Shown here: positions 7,157-17,534 of the stretch, one piece after another | How the letters are laid out: each line of letters begins with the position of its first letter | Numbering within the stretch: position 1 is the stretch's first letter | NCBI GenBank assembly: GCA_963665275.2 | Contig: CAXXIN010000016.1 | Location: 256,001 to 320,000 of the forward strand | Direction: 5' to 3' | DNA: 64,000 nt | Source: Negativicutes bacterium | Lineage (GTDB): Bacteria > Bacillota > Negativicutes > UBA1444 | Translations under genes and position numbers: made by a program | Notes under the pieces: model-generated | What the model saw: the letters and a program-made list of their open reading frames with translations, nothing else | What the model was told of the DNA's origin: nothing | Database searches by the model: none

Positions 7157-9541
7157 ATGAAAAAAATACAACTGGCTGACGGCGCCATGGGGACGATGCT
7201 CCAGAGAATGGGGCTCGCACCTGGTGAATCGCCGGACTCTTGGGCTATACGAAATCCTGAAGCTATTTTGGCGGTGCACCGCGCTTATGTGGAGGCCGGC
7301 GCGGAGATGCTGACTTCCTGCACCTTTGGCGCTAATCGCATCAAACTTTCACATTACGGACTGGAAAAAGAAGTATTTGCGCTGAATGCCGCAGCGGTCA
7401 AAATCGCGCGGCAGGCAGGCGGTGATAAGGCGCGTGTAGGCGGGAATCTGGGACCAACAGGCAAACTAATTCGGCCTCTGGGCGAACTGTCATTTGATGC
7501 TGTTTTCGATGTTTATGCCGAGCAGGTAACGGCGCTGACGGAAGCCGGAGTGGACTATTTTATCATTCAGACGATGATCGACATTCAGGAAATGCGGGCG
7601 GCGCTCCTAGCGGCGAAGCAATACGGACGGGCGCCGGTCATTTGTCAGATGACGTTCGAAGCGTCGGGGCGGACGGTAACCGGAACCGACCCGGCGACGG
7701 CGGCAGTTACGCTGGAGGCGCTGGGTGCAGATATGATCGGCGCGAATTGTTCCCTGGGGCCTGATCAACTGCTGCCTGTTATCGAGAAGATGGTGGCGGC
7801 CACGTCGCTGCCTGTGACGTTGCGCCCCAATGCCGGGATGCCTGTGTTGCAGGAAGGTCGGACGATCTTCCCGCTCAGTCCTGAGCAGTTCGCAGCCTGG
7901 GCGCCGCGGATCGTGGATGCGGGCGTGACGGCGATCGGTGGTTGCTGCGGCACGACGCCGGCTCATATTGCAGCGGTGCGGGATGCCTTGCGGGGACTGA
8001 AGCCCATAGATGTTGCTTCGTCGTTGCGAGATGCGCACTGCCTGACCAGTCGTTCCAGCACTGTATATTTCGGCGCCGGATTCCCCATACGGATCATCGG
8101 CGAGAGAATCAATCCTACCGGACGCAAGGCGATGGCAGCCGAACTGCGCGAAGGGAACCTGACGACCGTCAAACGGGACGCGTTGGCGCAGCAGGAAGCA
8201 GGAGCCTCGATTCTGGATGTTAACGCCGGAGTGCCGGGGATCGATCAACCAGCGCTGATGGTGCGGTTAGTGGAGGAACTCTCCCAACTGGTGACGCTGC
8301 CGCTGTCGATCGACACGACCGATCCGGATACGTTGGAAGCAGGATTGCGGATTTATCCCGGCCGTGCGCTGGTCAATTCGGTGTCAGCGGAACCGGAGCG
8401 TCTGGAAAGATTCCTGCCGATTGCCAAAAAATATGGCGCGGCTGTATTGTGCCTGCCGCTGGCGCCTGGCGGTTTGCCGGCGAATGCGCGGGAGCGGGTG
8501 GATACGGTCCGCCGGATCATTGATGCAGCCATGGCGATGGGGTTCCGTCGCAAGGATCTGCTGCTCGATGCTCTCACCACGACTTTGGCGGCCAATCCGG
8601 TCGCTGCATTGGATGTGTTGGAGACTCTTCGCCTTTACGGGGCGGAGCTGGGATTGCCTGTTTCGATGGGCCTCAGCAATGTTTCGCATGGCTTGCCGCG
8701 ACGCGACCTGATGAATTCGCAGTTTTTCGCCATGGCGGCGGCGCAGGGCATGAGCATACCGATTCTCAACCCGCTCGATCCGATGATGAATGATGCGATC
8801 AGCGCCGTGCAGGCACTGCTCGGCAACGACCGGCAGGGACTGGCATACAGCAAACGATTTGCGGCGCAAGGACCGCAGGTATCGGCGCAGGCCAGCACTG
8901 CAACAGTCGCAGCGTCCCCGGTCGACCAATTGCGGCAGGCGGTACTGCAGGGCGAAAAAGAAGCCGTCAAAGGATTCGTCATGGCGGCGATTGCCGAAGG
9001 GCGTGATGCGGCCTATATCATCGACAACGGCCTGACGGCTGCGATGAACCGCCTGGGTGAGGATTTCGGCACTGGCCGCTGCTTCCTGCCGCAGGTGTTG
9101 CTGGCGGCAGAGGCGTTGAAACAAGGATTCCAAGTGCTCCGCGCTGCGCTGCCGGCAGAGAAAACCGAATCTCTGGGCAAAGTCATGCTGGCGACGGTGG
9201 CGGGAGATATTCATGATCTGGGGAAAAACATCGTTGCAGCGCTGCTGGAAAACAACGGTTTCGAGATCATCGACCTCGGCAAGGATGTGCCGGTGGAAAG
9301 AATCGTGGCGGCGGCGCGTGAGCACCAGCCTGATGTTGTTGGTCTGTGCGCCCTGATGACGACGACTTTGCCGCAGATCGACCGCAGCATTGCCGCATTG
9401 AAGGCGGCGGGGATTGCTGTCCGGACGATGGTGGGCGGCGCTGTGTTGACGGCGGAATATGCCAAGAAAGCCGGCGCGGATGTATATGCACCGGATGCGG
9501 TGGTGGCTGTAGCTTTAGCAAAGGGACTCGTGAACCGTTAA
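7157..9541 (+). CDS. metH: Cobalamin-dependent methionine synthase, short form (Hcy + pterin + B12 domains, no reactivation domain)
   Basis: DGAMGT, GANCSLGP, GGCCGT, IIGERINPTG, DIHDLGKNIV. Confidence 0.92.
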   Translation: MKKIQLADGAMGTMLQRMGLAPGESPDSWAIRNPEAILAVHRAYVEAGAEMLTSCTFGANRIKLSHYGLEKEVFALNAAAVKIARQAGGDKARVGGNLGPTGKLIRPLGELSFDAVFDVYAEQVTALTEAGVDYFIIQTMIDIQEMRAALLAAKQYGRAPVICQMTFEASGRTVTGTDPATAAVTLEALGADMIGANCSLGPDQLLPVIEKMVAATSLPVTLRPNAGMPVLQEGRTIFPLSPEQFAAWAPRIVDAGVTAIGGCCGTTPAHIAAVRDALRGLKPIDVASSLRDAHCLTSRSSTVYFGAGFPIRIIGERINPTGRKAMAAELREGNLTTVKRDALAQQEAGASILDVNAGVPGIDQPALMVRLVEELSQLVTLPLSIDTTDPDTLEAGLRIYPGRALVNSVSAEPERLERFLPIAKKYGAAVLCLPLAPGGLPANARERVDTVRRIIDAAMAMGFRRKDLLLDALTTTLAANPVAALDVLETLRLYGAELGLPVSMGLSNVSHGLPRRDLMNSQFFAMAAAQGMSIPILNPLDPMMNDAISAVQALLGNDRQGLAYSKRFAAQGPQVSAQASTATVAASPVDQLRQAVLQGEKEAVKGFVMAAIAEGRDAAYIIDNGLTAAMNRLGEDFGTGRCFLPQVLLAAEALKQGFQVLRAALPAEKTESLGKVMLATVAGDIHDLGKNIVAALLENNGFEIIDLGKDVPVERIVAAAREHQPDVVGLCALMTTTLPQIDRSIAALKAAGIAVRTMVGGAVLTAEYAKKAGADVYAPDAVVAVALAKGLVNR

Positions 9542-9575
9542 CAAATTAATCTGACCCAAGAACTTTTCAAAACAG

Positions 9576-9622
9576 GAAGAGGCTGCAACATTCCGCAAAA
9601 GTCAGAGTGTTGTAGCCTCTTT
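9576..9622 (+). terminator. Hairpin/terminator after metH
   Basis: aagaggctgcaaca...tgttgtagcctctt inverted repeat. Confidence 0.65.
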
Positions 9623-9725
9623 GATTGAATCTGATTCGTGTTCGCAGGATAGCAGGAATTAATTTCGATCACGTGGAATATTCGTGGGATAATAATGAAA
9701 ATTTCGAATAAAAGGATGTTGCAGG

Positions 9726-10490
9726 ATGGTATTCTTTTTCATGAACCTTGTCACGATTTCCGTATTGTCGGTAGCGGCCGTATTCCTGATGCTGTGGCTG
9801 CGGCGGCGGATCGGAACGGAATCGTTGCGACGCAACCATGAAGTAGCCGGCGTCGTATATTCGGTAGTCGGGGCGATATTTGCCGTGACAGTGGCGTTGA
9901 TCGTCGACACGGTGCACGATGAATACATCCTTGCTGACAAAAATGCCGCAACCGAGGCTGTGCAGGTTGCCGGCCTGTATCAACTGGCCGAATGGTTTCC
10001 TGGCGCCGGGGAAATCCGTCTGAAGGGTCAATTGAAACAATATGCACAGATCGTCGTTGAGAAAGAATGGAAACATGCGCTGAAGAATAGGGCAACAGAA
10101 CCAGCGCTGCCTGAAGCTGAGCGGGCTTTTCATGAAGTGTCGAACTCCGTACGAATGCTGGAACCCTTGACGTTGCAGCAACAGGCGGCTTATGGAGAAG
10201 CGGTTCAACGACTGACTGGGCTGCGGGAAGCACGTTACTATCGATTGCATGGGAAACGATCTGACCTGCCGTTCCCGCTGTTGTTTGCTGTCGTTTTCGG
10301 CGGCGTTGTCACGATCGGCTTTGCCATGTTCTTTTCAATGGACAGTTCGCGAGCCCAGATGGCGATGATCTTTTTTTTGTCAGCTCTGATTTGGAGCAAT
10401 GTCCTGGTGATTTCTCAGGTTCAATACCCGTTTAATGGCATCGATATCACGCCGCCGCGGGCTTTCATCGCCTGGTTGAGCAGCAATTAA
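9726..10490 (+). CDS. DUF4239/bestrophin-like membrane protein
   Basis: HEVAGVVYSVVGAIFAV, EA..LY, YAQIVVEKEW, QYPFNG motifs; 4 TM segments. Confidence 0.75.
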   Translation: MVFFFMNLVTISVLSVAAVFLMLWLRRRIGTESLRRNHEVAGVVYSVVGAIFAVTVALIVDTVHDEYILADKNAATEAVQVAGLYQLAEWFPGAGEIRLKGQLKQYAQIVVEKEWKHALKNRATEPALPEAERAFHEVSNSVRMLEPLTLQQQAAYGEAVQRLTGLREARYYRLHGKRSDLPFPLLFAVVFGGVVTIGFAMFFSMDSSRAQMAMIFFLSALIWSNVLVISQVQYPFNGIDITPPRAFIAWLSSN

Positions 10491-10497
10491 CCGGAGA

Positions 10498-11454
10498 CTA
10501 TATACCATCGCCGCAGATTCCCTTCTGAGCCTTCGGCGTGGAAAGTTCCTCCAAGTTAAAGGGCGTTCCCTGATAAACATAGTAGTTGAGCCAGTTGATG
10601 AACAGAAGGTTGGCTGCGCTGCGCCAACGAACGATTGGGGTCTGCTGCGGATCGTCATTGGGATAATAATTGGCTGGAACGTTGATCGGCGTGCCTTGCG
10701 CGATGTCGCGGTCGTATTCGGCCTTGAGCGTGAATGGATCATATTCGGAGTGCCCGGTTATGAACAGGTCCCGATATTTCTTGTCGATTACTGCATATAC
10801 GCCGGACTCCTCCGACTCCGACAGAATCGACAGGCCGGGAACTTTCTCGATATCTTCGCGACGGACTTCCGTATGGCGGGAGTGGGGGACATAGAAAATG
10901 TCGTCAAAGCCGCGAAACAGCATTTTTTCCTTCATATTTACGCGATGCGGGAATACGCCGAACATTTTTTGCGGCAAGGCGTACTTCGGGATCCCGTAAT
11001 GATGGTACAGAGCGGCCTGCGCACCCCAGCAGATGTGGAGCGTCGAGTAAACGTTGCGGCGACTCCAGTCCATGATTTCGCACAGCTCGTCCCAATACTC
11101 GACTTCTTCGAACGGGACTTGCTCCACCGGCGCGCCGGTAATGATCATGCCGTCATATTTGCGGTGCTTGAGTGAGCTGAAGGTTTCATAGAATTTGACC
11201 AGATGCTCTTGTGAAATATTCTTTGGGGCGTAGGTTTCTGTATACATGAAGTCGAATTCCACCTGCAACGGTGAATTTCCCAGCAAGCGCAGCAATTGGG
11301 TTTCCGTGGCTATTTTCGTCGGCATCAGATTCAGCAGCAATATTCGCAGAGGGCGAATGTCCTGTGAATAGGCGCGGTCCTCGTCCATGGCGAAAATGTT
11401 CTCTTGTTCCAGCGTGTGAACGGCTGGCAAATTGTTAGGAATCTTAATCGGCAT
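10498..11454 (-). CDS. metA: Homoserine O-acyltransferase MetA (probably acetyl-specific)
   Basis: MPIKIP, LNLMP, ITGAPVE (Glu at the specificity position), ICWGAQA, GHSEYD. Confidence 0.95.
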   Translation of the reverse strand: MPIKIPNNLPAVHTLEQENIFAMDEDRAYSQDIRPLRILLLNLMPTKIATETQLLRLLGNSPLQVEFDFMYTETYAPKNISQEHLVKFYETFSSLKHRKYDGMIITGAPVEQVPFEEVEYWDELCEIMDWSRRNVYSTLHICWGAQAALYHHYGIPKYALPQKMFGVFPHRVNMKEKMLFRGFDDIFYVPHSRHTEVRREDIEKVPGLSILSESEESGVYAVIDKKYRDLFITGHSEYDPFTLKAEYDRDIAQGTPINVPANYYPNDDPQQTPIVRWRSAANLLFINWLNYYVYQGTPFNLEELSTPKAQKGICGDGI

Positions 11455-11540
11455 GCTGTTCGCTCCTTCCTGTCAAATATCCAAAAGGCTTTATTTGCGC
11501 AATCGGCAAATAAAGCCCCATGTTTTTTGTATTATTGAGT

Positions 11541-11570
11541 ATTATACCTTGTAAGCCAATGAAGATTCAA
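11541..11570 (-). promoter_or_regulatory. Putative sigmaA promoter of metA
   Basis: TTGAAT-18 nt-TATAAT on the minus strand. Confidence 0.6.
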
Positions 11571-11641
11571 GCTGTTCATTTATCGTTTGGCGCGTTCCAG
11601 TAAAGGGGCGCTCTTTTTTTGCAAAAATTTATTTAATAAGT

Positions 11642-11670
11642 TTGACAAAATGTATAGTTTATTATACTAT
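11642..11670 (+). promoter_or_regulatory. SigmaA promoter with an overlapping dyad (likely XRE auto-operator)
   Basis: TTGACA-17 nt-TACTAT; imperfect palindrome GTATAG-ttta-TTATAC overlaps the spacer and -10. Confidence 0.65.
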
Positions 11671-11721
11671 TTGCGTGAGAGAAAAAACGGAGTCGGGAGA
11701 GGGAGAGTGAGGGGGCAAACC

Positions 11722-11952
11722 ATGACCAAGACGATGACTCAGCTAAAAGTTGTCAACCGATTGCATGTTTTTCGCGCCGAACAAAGAATCACACAAGACC
11801 AGCTTGCCAAAGAAATCGGGGTAACTCGCGCAACGATTGTCGCAATTGAAGGCGGGGGATATAATCCTTCGCTGGAACTAGCTTTTCGGTTGGCGCGATA
11901 TTTTAAAACGGACATTCAGACTATTTTTTCGGTGGAGGAGGAAGCACAATGA
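11722..11952 (+). CDS. XRE-family HTH transcriptional regulator
   Basis: NRL...R...ITQDQLAKEIGVTRATIVAIEGGGYNPSLELAFRLA. Confidence 0.92.
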   Translation: MTKTMTQLKVVNRLHVFRAEQRITQDQLAKEIGVTRATIVAIEGGGYNPSLELAFRLARYFKTDIQTIFSVEEEAQ

Positions 11953-12545
11953 AAAAGTGGGAATCGATCTTATTGAAGGGTTTTTTGTACGGATTGCCGA
12001 TTTTGGTGGTGTATGCCGTTTTTTCATACTCCATTGATTGGAAAAACGTACCCCAATCCGACAATTTTCTGAGGACGCTTTATGACTTGGGTGGGCTTAT
12101 TCTGGGCGTATGGATGATCTTGGCAGTTTCTTTGAGCCTTCGCCTGCTCTTTTCGGGAACTTTCCGCGAAGCGACTCTGGCAAAGCTTACCCTGATCAAG
12201 GAACGGGACGAACGGGAAAGCTTTTTGACCGGCAGGGCAGCCAAGTCCACCATGTTGGCGTCTATTGCCATCCTGATCTTTTTGTTCTGTTTATCCTGTT
12301 TTCAGGTTTATTACTATACGCTACCGCCGGAACAGGTCGTTGAAGGAAAAACCAAAGCAATTTCGCTGGGGATGCGACTTGATCTGTTTGCGGACGAAGC
12401 GGGCAGGGCCGCAGATACCGCCACTGGGGGCAAGAGTCTGTGGTCGTACAGCGGCTTGCCCTTTTCCAGCTCCAGTATTATCCTTGGGCTTATTATCTGG
12501 CAAATTGGGTTTTATCATTTTTCGATAAAACGAATGATGAAATGA
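11949..12545 (+). CDS. Membrane protein (DUF2178-like, ERDERE motif) paired with the XRE regulator
   Basis: 4 hydrophobic segments, KERDERE motif, ATGA overlap. Confidence 0.65.
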   Translation: MKKWESILLKGFLYGLPILVVYAVFSYSIDWKNVPQSDNFLRTLYDLGGLILGVWMILAVSLSLRLLFSGTFREATLAKLTLIKERDERESFLTGRAAKSTMLASIAILIFLFCLSCFQVYYYTLPPEQVVEGKTKAISLGMRLDLFADEAGRAADTATGGKSLWSYSGLPFSSSSIILGLIIWQIGFYHFSIKRMMK

Positions 12546-12548
12546 CGA

Positions 12549-13238
12549 TTATTGCTTTTCACTCTGTTCTGCAGGGCAAGTTTGCTCCATGATCGGCGGG
12601 GTGGAATTGCGGGCTGCCAGCCACATGGAAACAGCCAGGATGAGCAGACTGCCGATGACGATAGGCAGAGTCCAGAAGGCGGACGGTACGTATTCATAGA
12701 GTCCCAATATACCAAAACAGATGAATAAAATGGCGGCGCCCCACTTCATCGTACGCTCGGGGATCTTTTTACCCAACACGATACCGAATATGATCCCTAG
12801 CCCGTCGGCGACCATCATGCCTGCGGTTGTTCCGAGCCAGACCGGGAGAATGGTATTGAATTTTGCCGCTAAAGCGATGGTCGCAAGCTGGGTTTTATCC
12901 CCCATTTCCGCAATGAAAAAGGCAATGGCAACCGTCCAGAACGGGTTGAATTTGTCTTTTTCCGCTTCGTCACCCAGTTCATCGCCACGAATGGTCCAGA
13001 TTCCAAAAGCGATGAAGGAAATGGCTGCGCCGATTTGAATGTATGATAACGGAATAAATGCGGTCAGATAGTTGCCGACGAGGACGGCGAACAGATGATT
13101 CAGCACGGTAGCGACAAATACGCCCCACATGACGGTTTGCCAGCGAAAGCGGCAGGCGAAAGCCATGGCGAGAAGCTGGGTTTTGTCGCCCATTTCGGCG
13201 AGTACGACAAAGGCAAGGGATGTCAGAAATGCGGTCAT
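12549..13238 (-). CDS. UPF0016/GDT1/TMEM165 Mn2+/Ca2+ exporter
   Basis: Two EMGDKTQL motifs; RBS GGAGG upstream. Confidence 0.93.
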   Translation of the reverse strand: MTAFLTSLAFVVLAEMGDKTQLLAMAFACRFRWQTVMWGVFVATVLNHLFAVLVGNYLTAFIPLSYIQIGAAISFIAFGIWTIRGDELGDEAEKDKFNPFWTVAIAFFIAEMGDKTQLATIALAAKFNTILPVWLGTTAGMMVADGLGIIFGIVLGKKIPERTMKWGAAILFICFGILGLYEYVPSAFWTLPIVIGSLLILAVSMWLAARNSTPPIMEQTCPAEQSEKQ

Positions 13239-13281
13239 CAAAATAAGTCCTCCTTCTTCGAATAGGCAATAGTGCAGGCAA

Positions 13282-13415
13282 AATAAAAAGCGAGACACTT
13301 CGGCCTGACGATATTCGTCAGGCCGAAGGTCTCGCTGATTGACTTTCGCCAACGGTTCGGCCAGGCATTTCTGCCAGTATGTTGACCGGACCTTAGACAG
13401 CTACTCCCCCTCGGG
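13282..13415 (-). ncRNA. yybP-ykoY (Mn2+) riboswitch with overlapping intrinsic terminator
   Basis: Minus strand GGGGAGTAGC...GTCAACATACTGGC...GGCGA...GCGAGACCTTCGG, then long hairpin plus TTTTTATTTT; upstream of a UPF0016 exporter; promoter TTGACA-17-TAGAAT at 13457-13429. Confidence 0.9.
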
Positions 13416-13467
13416 ATTAATAAATCATATTCTATTCATATTGACGACGCTTGTCAAGTAGGTCAAA

Positions 13468-14649
13468 TTATTTTTTCAACAAGTCAATTGCCGCTACCGC
13501 CATCGATGTCGCCATGATGGCAATCGCATCTTCGTCAATAGCAAAGGTTGAGCTATGTCCCGGCGAAGTTAATCCTTTTTCAGGATTGCTGCTTCCAACG
13601 TAGAAAAAGGCGCCGGGGACTTTTTCCAGATAATAAGCCATATCTTCGCCGCCCATTGAAGGATCCGGCCGTTGCGAAACCTGATCGGGTCCCCATACGC
13701 GTTTTAGAGTATTTTCAACATGCCCGGTTATTTCAATGTTGTTGACGAGCGGCGGATAGCCGAAGTGATAGGAAAATCGATAATCAGCCCGCATGCTGGA
13801 GGTAACACCTGCGATGACTCGCTCGATACGCTCCGGCAGGCTTTGGCGCAGCTCCGGGTCTATCGCCCTCACGGTGCCTTTCATATTGATTTCATCCGCA
13901 ATGATGTTGTAAGCATATCCGCCGTTGATCATGCCGATCGAAACAACCACCGGCTTTATCGGGTTGATTTCCCGACTGGCAATTGTCTGCAAGGCATTTA
14001 CAACCTGACAGGCGACCGCTACGGCGTCCACGCCTTGATGCGGCGCCGCTCCATGGCAGCCTTTGCCGACAATGGCAATATCAATGGCGTCGAGACAGGC
14101 CATCGCCGGACCATAGCGGACCGCTAATTTCCCTACCGGCATATCCTGCCAAACGTGAGCGCCGACGATCGCATCGACACCTTCCAGCACACCTTGCTCA
14201 ATCATAGGTTTGGCGCCGCCCGGTCCTTCTTCGGCCGGCTGGAAAATGAGTTTGACTGAACCGGACAACTCTTGGCGAATTTCGCCCAGAACCATGGCAG
14301 CTCCCAGGAGCGAGGCTGTATGCACGTCATGTCCGCAAGCATGCATGACTCCTTCATTAACGGAGGCATAAGGCAAGCCTGTTTTTTCGGTCAGGGTCAG
14401 CGCATCCATGTCTGCACGCAGAGCAACCATTTTGCCGGGTTTTCCTCCATGAATAACAGCTACGACACCGGTCTCGGCAATGCCTGTTTGGTGTTCAATG
14501 CCCAGGTCGGTCAGTACTTTGCTGACATACCGGGCGGTGTCATGCTCTTGAAATCCAATCTCCGGGTGCTGGTGGAAATGCCGACGCATCTCGATTAGCT
14601 TGGGCTCCAGTTCTTTCACTCTTTGCTTGATCCAACTATCAGTTAGCAT
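13468..14649 (-). CDS. M20D amidohydrolase
   Basis: RRHFHQHPE, LRADMDAL, MHACGHD, FQPAEEG, GGEDM. Confidence 0.92.
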   Translation of the reverse strand: MLTDSWIKQRVKELEPKLIEMRRHFHQHPEIGFQEHDTARYVSKVLTDLGIEHQTGIAETGVVAVIHGGKPGKMVALRADMDALTLTEKTGLPYASVNEGVMHACGHDVHTASLLGAAMVLGEIRQELSGSVKLIFQPAEEGPGGAKPMIEQGVLEGVDAIVGAHVWQDMPVGKLAVRYGPAMACLDAIDIAIVGKGCHGAAPHQGVDAVAVACQVVNALQTIASREINPIKPVVVSIGMINGGYAYNIIADEINMKGTVRAIDPELRQSLPERIERVIAGVTSSMRADYRFSYHFGYPPLVNNIEITGHVENTLKRVWGPDQVSQRPDPSMGGEDMAYYLEKVPGAFFYVGSSNPEKGLTSPGHSSTFAIDEDAIAIMATSMAVAAIDLLKK

Positions 14650-14676
14650 TGGCTCAGATCCTTTCTTTATTCTAAA

Positions 14677-15639
14677 TTAACCGGCAAAACTGCCAGTCAG
14701 GTGACACGCCACGAACCCGCCCTGGTTGTTAGGCAGTAACGCAGGTGCGGTCTCTTTGCAGATATCTTTGCGATACAGGCACCTGCCATAGAAACGACAG
14801 CCTGGAGCCGGATTGATGGGGCTGGGAATATCCCCGCAGAGGATAATCCGGTTCCGGCTGACATCCAGTTTGGGAATAGGGACAGCCGATAACAGCGCCT
14901 GCGTATAAGGATGCTGCGGTCGTTCAAAAATCGTTTTATTGTCGGCCAGCTCGACGATTTTCCCCAGATACATAACGGCAATTCTTTTGCTCATATGCTT
15001 CACTACGCTTAAATTGTGCGAAATAAACAAATAGGTAAGTCCGAAATCGCGTTGCAAGCCGCGCAAAAGGTTCAATATCTGCGCCTGGATGCAAACGTCC
15101 AAAGCCGACACGGGTTCATCCAATACGATGAATTCCGGATCCAGCGCCAAGGCTCTGGCCACCCCTATCCGTTGACGCCTGCCGCCATCCAGTTCATGCG
15201 GGTAGCTATTGATAAGCCTTGCCGCCAAGCCGACGGTATTCATCAGAAACAGGATTCGATCCTGAACTTGTTGCCGGGTTTGAAAAACGTTATTAACGTA
15301 CAGCGGCTCGGCGATCAGCTCGAACACTGTCAGGCGCGGATTCAGTGAAGAGTAGGGATCCTGAAACACGATTTGCATTTTTTTTCGTGCTTCTTTTACC
15401 TGCGCTTTATTCAATGCCAGCACATTGACGCCGTTATACAGGACTTCCCCGCCTGTCGCCTCCAATAAGCGAATCAACAGGCGCCCTGTTGTGGATTTGC
15501 CGCAGCCTGATTCCCCAACAAGCCCTAAAGTCTCCCCTTTGTCGATATGAAAATTTACATCATCCACCGCATGCAGAAGTCCTTTTTTTGTCGGAAAGTA
15601 TTTTTTAAGGTTTTTTACTTCCATCAACTTGTCTGTCAT
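14677..15639 (-). CDS. Oligopeptide ABC transporter ATP-binding subunit (OppF/DppF)
   Basis: GESGCGKS, LDGGRRQR, HPYTQALL, C-terminal Cys motif. Confidence 0.93.
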   Translation of the reverse strand: MTDKLMEVKNLKKYFPTKKGLLHAVDDVNFHIDKGETLGLVGESGCGKSTTGRLLIRLLEATGGEVLYNGVNVLALNKAQVKEARKKMQIVFQDPYSSLNPRLTVFELIAEPLYVNNVFQTRQQVQDRILFLMNTVGLAARLINSYPHELDGGRRQRIGVARALALDPEFIVLDEPVSALDVCIQAQILNLLRGLQRDFGLTYLFISHNLSVVKHMSKRIAVMYLGKIVELADNKTIFERPQHPYTQALLSAVPIPKLDVSRNRIILCGDIPSPINPAPGCRFYGRCLYRKDICKETAPALLPNNQGGFVACHLTGSFAG

Positions 15640-15657
15640 AAAATCCTCCCGAGGTTA

Positions 15658-16620
15658 TTACTCAAACAAAAAACATGAAACATGGTGACCGGGATCCACT
15701 TCAATCCTGCGAGGGATCGATTGCGAGCAGCGGGGCAGGGCCGCGGGACATCGTGGATGAAAGGCGCAGCCTGGCGGTAGGTTGGTCGGATCGGGCATCT
15801 GTCCCTTGATTACTTGCAGATCCTCCTGCTCCCCGTCAATATCGGGAATGGAGTTAAACAGACCGATGGTGTAAGGGTGACGCGGCTGGGTGAACAGAGC
15901 GCGTTTGTCGGCGTACTCGACAACGTTCCCGGCGTACATAATGGCAACTTTGTCGCACGTGTCGGCAACAATTCCCAGATCGTGCGTAATCAAAAGCATA
16001 GAAGTTCCGATTCGGTCTTTAAGTTCTTGCATGAGCGCCAAAACTTGCGCTTGGATGGTAACGTCCAAAGCGGTTGTCGGCTCATCGGCAATCAGTAGGA
16101 CAGGATTGCAGGCCAAAGCTATCGCAATCACCACGCGTTGTTTCATGCCGCCGCTGAACTGGTGGGGATAGTCTTTCGCTCTTTCTGCTTGAATATCCAC
16201 CATTTCCAGCATTTTTTCGGCTTTTTCCATCGCTTGTACTTTGCCGATTTTCTCGTGAATTATGATCATTTCCGCGATTTGTTCGCCCACGGTCATATTC
16301 GGGTTTAATGAGGTCATAGGGTCCTGAAAAATCATGGCGATTTTTTTGCCGCGGATCGCTCTGATCTCGTCAACGGATGTAAGCAGCAAATCCTGCCCCT
16401 CAAAAAGGATCTGTCCCTGGATGATTCGGCCTGGCGACTCAATAAGGCGCATAACGGCCAAAGCTGTTGTCGTTTTCCCTGCCCCTGTCTCACCAACGAA
16501 TCCTAAGGTTTCACCAAAACCAAGCTCCATATTCAGATGATCGACGGCTCGAACCGTCCCATCCTCGACAGCATATTGTACAACCAGATCTTTTATTTCC
16601 AACAAGGGTGTCTGTGTCAT
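15658..16620 (-). CDS. Oligopeptide ABC transporter ATP-binding subunit (OppD/DppD)
   Basis: GETGAGKT, FSGGMKQR, DEPTTALD. Confidence 0.93.
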   Translation of the reverse strand: MTQTPLLEIKDLVVQYAVEDGTVRAVDHLNMELGFGETLGFVGETGAGKTTTALAVMRLIESPGRIIQGQILFEGQDLLLTSVDEIRAIRGKKIAMIFQDPMTSLNPNMTVGEQIAEMIIIHEKIGKVQAMEKAEKMLEMVDIQAERAKDYPHQFSGGMKQRVVIAIALACNPVLLIADEPTTALDVTIQAQVLALMQELKDRIGTSMLLITHDLGIVADTCDKVAIMYAGNVVEYADKRALFTQPRHPYTIGLFNSIPDIDGEQEDLQVIKGQMPDPTNLPPGCAFHPRCPAALPRCSQSIPRRIEVDPGHHVSCFLFE

Positions 16621-16639
16621 AGCGAACCCCTTTCAACGC

Positions 16640-17521
16640 CTAATTTTTCAATTTCGGGTCAAGCGCATCACGCAGCCCATCACCAAGTAAGTTAAGGCCG
16701 AAAACAGTGATCATGATCGCCATGCCGGGGAAAACCGTCATAAACCAATAGTTCCGGATGAACGACCTGCCGCCGGATAACATCGCCCCCCACTCAGGGA
16801 CTGGCGGCTGTATTCCCAACCCGATAAAGCTGAGGGCGGCCGCGACGATGATGGCCGTAGCGACACCCAAGGTGCTCTGGACAATCAACGGAGCTAAACA
16901 ATTTGGCAGAATGTGCTTGAATATGATTCGGAGGTCACTTGAGCCAACCGCACGAGCAGCTTCCACAAATTCATAGTCGCGGATGGTCAAGACTGACGCA
17001 TGAACAATTCTCGCATAGCGCGGAATCGATGAAATCCCAACTGCGATCATGAGGTTGACTAAGCCCGGCCCCAGCGCGGCGACGATGGATATCGCCAACA
17101 AAATCGAAGGGATGGATAAGAGGATATCCATGGAACGCATGATCAATTGATCCAGCTTGCCGCCATAGTAACCGGCAATCGCGCCGAGAAAGCCCCCGAT
17201 AATAATGGAAATCCCGACGGAAAGAAAGCCGACCTCCAGCGAAATTCGGGCCCCATAGACTATTCGGCTAAAAATATCGCGGCCAAAATCATCGGTTCCA
17301 AACAAATGTTTAATACTAGGATATTGAAACGTCTCCTTGAGGTTTTGCTGGGCATAGGGATAGGGCGCAATAAATTCAGCAAAAATTGCAGTAACAAACA
17401 ACAAACCGATGATCACCAAACCGCACATGGCCATTTTGCTTCTTTTCAACCGACGCCACGTGACAAACAGCTGGCTTTGCTTCTTGGGGATTTTTTCAAC
17501 TATATCGCTTTGAGAACTCAC
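16640..17521 (-). CDS. Oligopeptide ABC transporter permease (OppC/DppC)
   Basis: LFGTDDFGRDIFSR, EFVEAARAVG; likely GTG start at 17521. Confidence 0.9.
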   Translation of the reverse strand: MSSQSDIVEKIPKKQSQLFVTWRRLKRSKMAMCGLVIIGLLFVTAIFAEFIAPYPYAQQNLKETFQYPSIKHLFGTDDFGRDIFSRIVYGARISLEVGFLSVGISIIIGGFLGAIAGYYGGKLDQLIMRSMDILLSIPSILLAISIVAALGPGLVNLMIAVGISSIPRYARIVHASVLTIRDYEFVEAARAVGSSDLRIIFKHILPNCLAPLIVQSTLGVATAIIVAAALSFIGLGIQPPVPEWGAMLSGGRSFIRNYWFMTVFPGMAIMITVFGLNLLGDGLRDALDPKLKN

Positions 17522-17534
17522 CTGATTCACCCCG

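Noticed and set aside
6300-7157. SAM (S-box) riboswitch ahead of tauE-metH
   Set aside because: No ATCAAGAG...GAGGGA..GGCCC core is visible and the intergenic space is short.
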